Positions 49,401-64,000 of a stretch of 64,000 bases of DNA are shown piece after piece. Source of the stretch: Takakia lepidozioides (lineage: Eukaryota > Plantae > Bryophyta); contig CM060731.1 of NCBI GenBank assembly GCA_030704615.1, forward strand, positions 19,096,001 to 19,160,000, in the 5' to 3' direction. Within the stretch, counting starts at the first letter, position 1. Every line of letters begins with the position of its first letter. The position numbers and the translations under genes were made by a program. The notes under the pieces are model-generated. The model had not been told where the DNA came from. It saw only the letters and a program-made list of their open reading frames with translations, and ran no database searches.

Positions 49401-50933
49401 GTCGGCAAAGGAAGCTGCTGCTCTGGAACAATCCAGAAAGGCAGCTGAAATGGCACAGAAGACGGTGGATGCAGCTATGCAGGCTCAACAGAAGGGGTCG
49501 AAGAAGCGGACTCGGCAGCAAGGAGCAGCAGTTGTGACACCCAAGAAAACGAAGAAGCGAAAACAGATAATGCAGGTAGAGGGTGAGGAAGAGGACTCCG
49601 ATGGAGACTTTGCAACCAGCCCACCCCCCGAGACGGAGCCAAAATCCCTTGTGCCCACCGTTGTCACGAGAGGGACGAGAACTGGCTCGGCAAAGAAGGC
49701 ACTCTTCAACCCCCCGGGGGGGCACCCTTTCGAGCCGGTGGAAATGAAGAGGCCGAAAGTGGATCCCGATACAGTAGTCCAGTGTGTCAATGAGAGTTTC
49801 TTGGCGGCTTTGGATGGACGGGCAGCCAAGTTGGCATACATGAAGACCATGGAGGGTCTAAAGGGCAGAGCACTGAAGAAGGCGGCTGCCGAAGAGCCTT
49901 CCGACACCCCCGGGTTTCTGAAGATGGTCTCGTTCCTTGAGAGGGTGTGTGCAGACAAGGATTGCAGGAGGGGCGGAAATGCCACCGATTGGTCTTGCGA
50001 TATGATCATCTTGGATATTCCAGACGGAGAGCCTGTGGAAGGACTGCAAGCTTTGCCATCTTGGAATAGGTACTCCGAGGACTTTTGGAAGAAAGGATTT
50101 GGGCTCGCCCGCATGGTGTTGGACGACAGAGGCTGTGTGGTTGTCCTGGCGAGCAGAGGCAAAAACACGCAGACAGGAATTGCGAAGTGGACCCGCAAGA
50201 GCGCCGTCCCAATTCTGAAGAAGAAGTGGACGTGCATCAACACATTGGGCCTTCGGTCGGAAGGGAAGAAGGTAATTACGACCTTGGCACTCGTCCTTTC
50301 ATTTTCTTAGGAGTCTTGAAATGCGGTGCCGCATTCGATTTATAATCATCCCCCACTGTGTATGCAGACGAAGCAGTTCGATGCATACTGCTTTGTGAAG
50401 GAGAACTCCACCTTTGCTTTTCGGAAGGAGGGATTGTTGGTTGACCCGAACTGCGACCCCATCGATTACGACGTCCTGTTCAACAACGTTCCCACGGAAC
50501 TTCTCCCTCATAGCCTCACTTCAACTGAACCCTGCGGTATTCACGCACTCGGAGCCCTGCCTTCATTCAGACAATTATGGAGACATGCACTGACGTGGAG
50601 GGCACAGTGCTCGACCTCATCTGTGGGACAGGTATGTAGAATCTTGTTGTATGCTTTTCTGCAAACTCGTGTTATGCTTTCATTCGCAACATCTGAAGGG
50701 CCATGTCATAATGTGTGGATGGCATTGTAACAGGTGCCTCAATGTGGGCTGGGCGGTTTTCCGACCGGCACCTCTTTGCCTACGAGGAGGACACAGACGT
50801 CTGGGGATCCCATCTGGAAGGGCTGCAACGGAATGTGAAGGCTCCCATCGAAGTCAAAGACTCCTCAGATTCGTCGGAGTCGGAGGAAGAGACAGTGGAC
50901 ATTGATGCCGAGGAGAACCCGGAATACGAGTGA
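46403..50933 (+). pseudogene. Element B cargo: spliced ParB/Srx-like domain + beta-class amino-DNA-methyltransferase-like protein
   Basis: LRIPLCRMV...MFFVWDGNHRLLAW (DGNHR at 47665), DMIILDIPDG (~50000-50030), LDDRGCVVVL, and, after a frameshift near 50530, RSPAFIQTIMETCT..GTVLDLICGT|GASMWAG...RHLFAYE. Exon layout parallels the element A cargo. Confidence 0.8.
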
Positions 50934-51159
50934 GTGCAAACATTGTAAGTTTGCAAAGCCTTCTGTGTGATTTTTTGTCAAACGCATATCCGGACTGTGG
51001 TTCTCATTGGTCTCGTTGGTGATTGTTATATGCAGGTGTTAGAGGACTGTAGGGGACTTAGACACTTATACGGGATCTGTAGGGTACCCTTAATTTTTGC
51101 ACAGACTGAGACAAACAGGAACCTTAGGGGTGACAGCAGCGCACTGTAGAAGGGGGTTA

Positions 51160-51296
51160 CATAGCCCACACAGCCGACACAGCGTCACAGCCCACACAGC
51201 CAACACAGCCCGTCACAGTCGTCACAACCCACACAGCCAACACAGCCCGTCACAGTCGTCACAGCCCACACAGCCCGTCACAGTCGTCACAACCCA
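51160..51296. repeat. CACAGCC/GTCACAG simple satellite running into an assembly gap
   Basis: Tandem CACAGCC(C/A) and CGTCACAG units directly before the Ns. Confidence 0.85.
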
Positions 51297-51796
51297 NNNN
51301 NNNNNNNNNNNNNNNNNNNNNNNNNNNNNNNNNNNNNNNNNNNNNNNNNNNNNNNNNNNNNNNNNNNNNNNNNNNNNNNNNNNNNNNNNNNNNNNNNNNN
51401 NNNNNNNNNNNNNNNNNNNNNNNNNNNNNNNNNNNNNNNNNNNNNNNNNNNNNNNNNNNNNNNNNNNNNNNNNNNNNNNNNNNNNNNNNNNNNNNNNNNN
51501 NNNNNNNNNNNNNNNNNNNNNNNNNNNNNNNNNNNNNNNNNNNNNNNNNNNNNNNNNNNNNNNNNNNNNNNNNNNNNNNNNNNNNNNNNNNNNNNNNNNN
51601 NNNNNNNNNNNNNNNNNNNNNNNNNNNNNNNNNNNNNNNNNNNNNNNNNNNNNNNNNNNNNNNNNNNNNNNNNNNNNNNNNNNNNNNNNNNNNNNNNNNN
51701 NNNNNNNNNNNNNNNNNNNNNNNNNNNNNNNNNNNNNNNNNNNNNNNNNNNNNNNNNNNNNNNNNNNNNNNNNNNNNNNNNNNNNNNNNNNNNNNN
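51297..51796. other. Assembly gap (500 N)
   Basis: Run of N. Confidence 1.
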
Positions 51797-51944
51797 TTCA
51801 AGATTAATACAATTTTAATGAACTCTCTGTACATTTAAAATTCAATTCCAGAGTATATAAAGGGAATTCTCCCCGTCCTTCATGTCCCCTCTCCCATGTG
51901 CTTCTAAACGACAACATCGTCCAAACCTGGTCCCTCCCAAAATC

Positions 51945-52970
51945 TGAAATGTGACACCGCATTTCAATGTCTAAACGGAAATGTGGCAACTGCAAAAACC
52001 TCCTTTGGAAATGCGGCACCGCATTTCCAAAACCGGTGCAGGAAAAAATTTCCGTTTCATGGTTTGGACATCAGAAACTGTTCGGACAAACGAAAATGCG
52101 GTGCCGTATTTCCGTTTCTGACACGGCAGTTTTGCCGATTGCCAGCTCCTTCCATGGATGTAAATCGAAATGCGGAGGTCGAACATGGAAATGCGGTGCC
52201 GCATTTACCTTTTGGAGATGGACAATTTTCCAACTGCAGCCATCGACGTTCTTGGGCTCCCCATTCACGTTCTTGGGCTCCCCATTCCATGATGCTAGAC
52301 GGGAATGCGGCACCGCATTCCATTGTCCAATAAGAAATTTCGGGACATCGTTGTTTGCCCAATTCCAGACCCTTTCATGGAAATGCGGCACCGCATTCCA
52401 TCGTCCTATAAAAACTTACATTGTCCTGTAAAAACTTTCAATTGCCCGACATGGGAAATGCGGCGCCGCATTTCCAAAACAGCCATCGTTGTTTGTCCAA
52501 TTCCACACCCGTGTGGGCATTCCGTCTTGATGGACGGAAATGCGGCACCGCATTCCATTGTCCATACAATATTTTGATGACGAACATGTAAATGCGGTGC
52601 CGCATTTTCCAGAACTTCCATCGTTTTTGTCCAATTCCAGACCCTTCGACGGAAATGCGGCACCGCATTCCATTGTGCTCTCCGGAAATGCTGTGCCGCA
52701 TTTCATTGTCCAGTACGAAATTTCGATGACGGACATGGAAATGCGGTGCCGCATTTCAAGTATGGACATGGACAAGCATTAGCGACTGGACATGCTTGGA
52801 TAGTTCAAGGTCGAATATGGAAATGCGGCGCCGCATTTCAAACTCAAAGTATGGTAATGCCATGTCAGGAAATGAAATGCTGTACAACATTCTGTTACGA
52901 CGACAAGAGGAAAGGGAGCTGCCAGAAATCGCTACATGGAGAAAAATGAATTGCGCTGCCGAATTTCCGA
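51945..52970. repeat. Second cluster of the element B palindrome, irregular spacing (~15 copies)
   Basis: GGAAATGCGGYRCCGCATTTCC-like copies at e.g. 52007, 52187, 52301, 52379, 52454, 52536, 52651, 52737 and 52819. Confidence 0.92.
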
Positions 52971-53244
52971 GCTTCGGCGTGTACATGTTTCCTACAACTC
53001 ATACATGGATTTTCTTCACCTCAGGACTCTGATATCGCTGACTCTGGTATAGTCATATGGACAGACACATTGTACAAATGAGACCTCAAATTGTAAACAG
53101 TGGGCCAATTACGGCAGTTCTTGAACACGATGAAACACAAGCACACAGAAGTGAGGTACGATGGGTTGTTTTATTGATCGAACACGGTGTCTCACATTTA
53201 GCAACTCCAGACAAATCTAAGCCCTTCCTCCTTCTACATGGGCG

Positions 53245-53823
53245 TCACCAAGTCGACGGAACTTCGATAGCCCTCAAAACAAGCTCATTACTGATGCGGC
53301 ACCTCGAGGTAAACTGCAATGCGGTCGATCTGGTGCCCTTGGTGGAGCTGACGACAATGTCATGCCCATCAATCATACCACCATCATACATCGACAAGGT
53401 CACTGTGGGCCTCCTGTGCCCGTGCGATTCGTCTTCGCAACTCAGCCGAATCTCTCCATACACTAGAAAAGCGGAGTGAACTCCACGAATATAGTTTTCC
53501 CCGGTGCCGTCCTCCCTGGTCCACTGGCAGCAGTTCCAGCGCCACAGTGAGGCCATGCGTGATCTGTCCGGCATCCCATTCCACCTTGGTATATCGAGGT
53601 CAACAATTTTCAGGACCCACGCACCGCATTGACCCTCGCCCTCACCTCGCTCAAAGCGGTAATAGCCCTCCAAATACTCCATTACGCGCAAAGACTCCCG
53701 CTTGATTCCAGATGCGTCTGTGAAAAGTGAAAGCTAGACAATGATGTCTCCTGATTTTGGTTTGAACATAGCATAATCGTGGCCATGATAAGGGCAGTCA
53801 GCAAGATTTCGGCGGCACGGCAT
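53245..53823 (-). pseudogene. Unknown ~190-aa protein, copy 1 (one internal stop)
   Basis: MPCRRNLADCPY..DYAM...EYLEGYYRFERG...RWNCCQWT...YDGGMIDGHDIVV...LVLRAIEVP, homologous to 54380-54942. Confidence 0.65.
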
Positions 53824-54379
53824 CCCTGAAAAAGAGTAGCGCAGTATGCTCAATGACAGCAGCTCTCGGATGGAGGAGGTAGCAGCGCGGTGGCTGGAAG
53901 AAATTCAAGCAAACGCTGCAATTCCTCACAAACACTCCAGGGCACATTTAAATATCCCCCCGACAGGAACCTGCATGGATGAAGATTGGCTCATCCATGG
54001 ATGTAGCCGTTTCAGTTTCCTTCCCTGCCATGCAAACTATGGGCAGTAAGTGCCAGGTGGGCCTATAGCCACTCGAGACGACGAAGTCCATCCCCCCTTC
54101 GATGTAAATACGGCGCCGAATTTCCATCCGGGGGATGGACTTCGGTGGCAGATTTCAAACTATACCCCGTGGATGAGAAAGAGGTATCGGTTCATCCACC
54201 GCTGGCTTGTTGAACGCGTTACACGATGATTGGTGGGTACTTGTGACCCAGATGGTCCATTATTGGAGCCCGCACTGCTCTTCCGCTTCTCATCATTTCG
54301 AAAATCTAAGGGCTTCGTTGCTGTCCGCAAGGTGATTGTCATCGGCATCGAAGACGTCCTCAGGTCCTCCTTTGCAAGG

Positions 54380-54942
54380 ATGCCGTGCTTCCGGAACCGG
54401 GACGACTGCCCTTATGGAGGCATCGATTATGCAATGTATTCGGCCACATCGGGAGACATCGTTATCTGGTACACAGATTACACAGAAGATACTGGTTCGA
54501 ATGTGGAAACATTGTCCGCTTTTGAGTATCTCCCAGGCTAGTACGCCTTCGAGCGGGGTGACGATCTTGGTCTGAGGAGTCCGTGGCTCCTGCGCATCCT
54601 TGATTCCGATTTTCCCAGCTACGACGGGCACCCATGCAGAAGAATGCGCACTGCTATGCTGTTGCGGTGGAACTGCTGCCAGTGGACGTGGGTGGACTCC
54701 ATCGGAGAGACTTATACTCCTGAAGGAGTGCGCTCATCTTCTCCATTGTATGGGACATTCGCATTGGTGTGGACGGCGAAAACGTGAAGTTTTCCATATT
54801 CGATGGTGGTATGATTGAAGGGCAGGACATTGTGGTGAACATAAACAGGGGCGGTACAACGGCTGCAATCCAGTTTACCTGGAGGAGCCCGAAGACTCAT
54901 GAGCTACTTCTCAGAGCAGTCGAAGTCCCATTGACAACGTGA
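54380..54942 (+). pseudogene. Unknown ~190-aa protein, copy 2 (one stop, one frameshift)
   Basis: MPCFRNRDDCPY..DYAM...EYLPG*YAFERG...RWNCCQWT...FDGGMIEGQDIVV...LLLRAVEVP. Confidence 0.65.
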
Positions 54943-57688
54943 CTTGTATTTAGAAGGCACAGGGCTAAAGAATTGTTTGCACAATCAGCACAGTAGACGT
55001 GCTTCAAATGCAATTTATGTGGATCAATAAAAACCCCATTGTGCCCTCTTTTTGTTCTATTCTGTATCCATCGTTCCCAAAATGCGTCATTCCTCATTGG
55101 GAGTGTGGGTGGATTTTGCAAGTGGCTGGTAGGCTAAAATGGGCCCCCATTGTACAGATCAGTACCACCCTACCATTCGCGAAACATTGCCTTTCAATAT
55201 ATAATTCTAAAAAACATTGCCGAACCTCCTTCATCGGGAGGTCCTTCTCCCCCTATGACCGTGACACCCTAAACCCTATTCCCGCGGACACTCATTTCCG
55301 GAAAATAGTCCTGCTCATGTTTTTTTCGACACTTACGACTCTGCTCATGGCTCATGGCTCATGCCGCTCATGGCTCATGGCTCATGAAATAGCAGCCCCC
55401 GTTAAGGACAGTGGTTCGAACCACTTACGTCTGGGTCCACATGTTCGTTGACGTGTCACGGTGGTAAATTAACCACTGCGATGTGTCAAGGACGTGTCAC
55501 TGAGGTAAACCAACCACTTATGACGTGTCACAGTGATAAACTGACGTGTCATAGTGGTAAAGTAACCACTTCCGTTTTCCAGTGGACACGTGTAAGCCGA
55601 TGGTCCGTGGATGATATTGGAGATTATGTCGACACGTGACGACACTCTCAGCATGGACACGTGTTCTGTGTCGATGCTACGAAATGGGTGGAGCGAAAAA
55701 TTCAATGACATCCAAAACCACTTGTTGAGTGATCACGAAATGACTCATAGAGTCATTATATGAAAACTGATAATACACAATATTACTCACAGCGTGGTTA
55801 TGTGAGTGGATGACGTCTCTCAGTAGGTCATTGGAATGATTACCCACAGAGTGGTATGTAAGCTGTTTGAGTCATCCATGGTGTCTCTCTAAGTGGGAAC
55901 TATGGATTGGAATGATTACTAACAGAGTGGTGTGTAAATGATTAGGAATACCACTGGAGAAATTCATACCACTAATACAGTAATATATAGGTGATTACTT
56001 ATACCACTACATGAGTGGTAATGGAGGCAATTGTGTGCATTTGGCTTCTCCCACAGTTTTAAATTATACCACTATTACAGTGATGTGCAAGTGATTAGGA
56101 ACATGACTAGAGGAATACATACCACTAGTGTAGTGAAAGAAGTACCATTTGGGATTCAAGCTCCACCAAATAGAATAGAATCCCAGAGAGTAAGTGCTGG
56201 AACACTGTCAACAAAATCCAGCCATGATAAAAGTCTGAGCCTAACTTCTACACAACGTCTTTGCATGCATGCTAGGAACACTGAACTGCTTTCCTGCCTT
56301 CTTTTCACTGCCATCAATGTCTACGCCCGGGCGAACGAAATTCTAAGCCCTCTTCATGTTCTTCTCTAGCCAAAGACAATTCAGACCGACGACATCCTCC
56401 AACATTGTTTGCGGTGAGACCTCTTCCTCGTTAGGGTGAGGCAAGACACAATTGGCAATATAGATATCATTCACCTCAACCCGCCACAATCCTTCAGATA
56501 TAACACGACAGTGATATAACTTGATCACACTATATGTTAGAAATGTGTCAAGCCATAGCACACCACAATTGGAGTAATTGGCAAGAACATAGGCCCATTT
56601 GAGTACCTGAACGTCCGGAAACTTGAACGGAGTACGGTGGATTGTGTCTAGTTTTTAGTGTGTACTTTGGTGTGGCTTACAGAGGCTTGGGATTGTTTGT
56701 TGGCTTCGCGAGTGAGGATGGTTAGTAAATTACGTATTAGCGGGGTTCAGGTGGGCCTGGAATCGGGTGTATTAGCCAGAATGGGTGGGTATGTGCGATG
56801 TGAATGGGGTCATCCATGGGATCTTCTGGGGGTTTAGAAGTGTCTTCCTGAGCAATGAGGTCGGTTTTTTCATTGCCGCGTACCGGTATGCGAGCGTACT
56901 TTGATAAAGTGGACGGGGTGTTTTAAAGAGATGACAAGTTTTACATTGACTGTTATGAGGTTTTCGGTCCGGGTGGTGAAAACAATCCTCGTGTACTCTT
57001 AGCTCATTGAGAAATGATGATTGACCATAACCTGCATTTCTAATTTATTTTTTTATTTAAAAAGGGGACACAGGAGACTGCCTGCAAATGCAACATTGGC
57101 ACTTTCAGGGGACAAAAAAAACAAAAATCCAAATTCCAGCCCAGTTTGGTGAAGCGCACTTAGAACATATCAAGATCAATTTAAGAAACAAGCCCTTGGA
57201 GAAAGTACAGGACGTGCATAAGACTACCTTGGGATAAAGCCATTTACAGAAACAGAAGGTTTGTGGCAAGTACATAACATTTTGCTGGGCATCTTGTATC
57301 ATGCAAGAGCAGTGGTTCAAGCATTTGACCAATTAGATCTCCAATTAGCTCTCTGGTGTCTTAATACTCTTATTTTATTCAAACTACTACGGGCCTAGCA
57401 GAGGACACTGTTGATGGCATGCCATCACAGTGCGATCTTTGGTGCAATGATAAGATGAAACAAAATCTCTAAACAAGCCATGAGAGGAAAGACCACTTTT
57501 AGAAGCTGCTGGTTCCCCTGCAGCTGCAGGTTATAGAGTCCCTGTTTTCCACATCATGTCACTGCATAGTAACAGATCTCCAGTGAAATGGTCCATATAC
57601 ATCCATAACTCAAAAATGAGCCCTCTCAAACAAATCATTTTAACCTTGATCCTCCTCTGCAAGGAAGGAAGCTTTGAGTGGGACTAAA

Positions 57689-63164
<5,476 letters not shown>

Positions 63165-64000
63165 GTCAATTGCTCCGATGGGTGCTGTGTCACTCTGATG
63201 TTCTTTGCTAGAACTTTGCAGCAAGACGATGGATAGATACAAGAGATCACCGACACACTGGAGCTGTTATATATCCGAGCCACGTCACTCACACCTGTCG
63301 CTGCATCACTTGCCTCCAATTGTCGCTATTTTCACTACAACATTGCTGTTTCTTAGATGCTTCAAAGTTCAAGAGGCGGCGGGTTCGAACGTTCGAACTC
63401 ACAATAGAGATTCGCTTGCGTGGCATGGAGATGCAAGACTGAAACCCTGGAGAATCTGCCAAACAGATCCAAACTCTTGATGGGTTCTGCCTGCCATTCA
63501 ATCTATCCAAGCTACTGTAGTCAACACAAAACTGTTCTCTTTATCGTTTTCAGGGACGATGAAGGGGCTCAAAAACACAGTTTTCGCAGCAAAAATTATA
63601 AACTGGAAGTTACCAGGAAACAAACACTCTGAACTTGGGAAAGAATTGAACAGAACAATGCCAAAGAGTAAGAAGACAGAAACGACGAAGCAAAGTCGTC
63701 CAACTTAGTTGTAGATAGTGTGCAAAAAGTCAAATGCATCTTATTACTTTCATAATCAGAAATTGTTATAGCAAGAATGCCTATCCAGAAGGGCCATTGC
63801 TGTGGATAGGTCTGCCTGCCAGCGGTCGCCATGGATCTAGCAGGCCTGCACCAAGCTTCGGCAGGGACCGTCTGCAAGCTTGCAGTGTGTGGTGCGCCAC
63901 ATGCTTTCCTTTCCTGTGATGGCAGAGTGAAAGAACAACATAATTGGATATATATTCGGTGATATAGCTTGAGTGCTGCGGAAATCAGCACGGTAGAACT

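Larger units (their letters stand above)
40090..55400. mobile_element. Element B: ~15.3 kb Mutator-like DNA transposon carrying a ParB-methyltransferase gene, palindrome arrays and a paralog pair
   Basis: 8-bp TSD GTTAAGGA (40082-40089; 55401-55408). TIR GAGGTTTACTATTTCATGAGC / GGGGGCTGCTATTTCATGAGC (17/21) followed by tandem CATGAGC heptamers at both ends in inverted orientation. Spans a 500-N gap. Confidence 0.88.
39950..56135. mobile_element. Non-autonomous CACTA-like fragment (39950-40089 + 55401-56135) split by element B
   Basis: Begins CACTAG and ends ...CTAGTGTAGTG, with dense ACCACT/AGTGGT subterminal motifs on both sides of B. No matching 3-bp TSD or long TIR, so the ends are uncertain. 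Confidence 0.45.

Noticed and set aside
33150-50933. Bacterial or phage contamination explaining the ParB-MTase genes
   Set aside because: Both genes have GT-AG introns and lie inside TSD-bounded elements nested among plant genes.
51097-51834. ORFs of 236 and 191 aa
   Set aside because: Artefacts of translating through the N gap.
40083-55405. piggyBac/Kolobok-type element with a TTAA target site
   Set aside because: TTAA is part of a longer 8-bp duplication (GTTAAGGA) that gives an ungapped TIR alignment, and the transposase is MULE-like.

Overview
Intron-containing nuclear DNA from a land plant, most likely a seed-free lineage with heavy organellar RNA editing (inferred from gene content). 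Two host genes are visible. One is a PLS-class DYW PPR editing factor (main exon 7716-10943, minus) whose N-terminus carries OSB-type 'PDF' ssDNA-binding motifs. The other is an 11-exon ITPK4 gene (57689-63164, minus). Between them lies a ~40 kb transposon nest. It starts with a GC-repeat-rich Mutator/SWIM element (C), which contains a 3 kb solo-LTR-like insertion and element A (28063-39765, 9-bp TSD). Next comes a CACTA-like fragment that hosts element B (40090-55400, 8-bp TSD). A and B share one layout: a GCM-DDE-SWIM transposase on the minus strand and a divergent, spliced gene encoding a ParB/Srx-like domain (DGNHR) fused to a beta-class N4C/N6A DNA methyltransferase-like domain. Each element is studded with its own palindrome. 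In B, a 22-bp palindrome forms a CRISPR-looking array with exact 53-bp phasing between the two genes. This ParB-MTase plus cognate palindrome module in a plant DNA transposon is the most notable system in the window; both copies here carry frameshifts. A decayed Ty3/gypsy element with a probable self-priming PBS and a decayed LINE lie in the left part. All domain calls come from motif recognition by eye; no searches were run.
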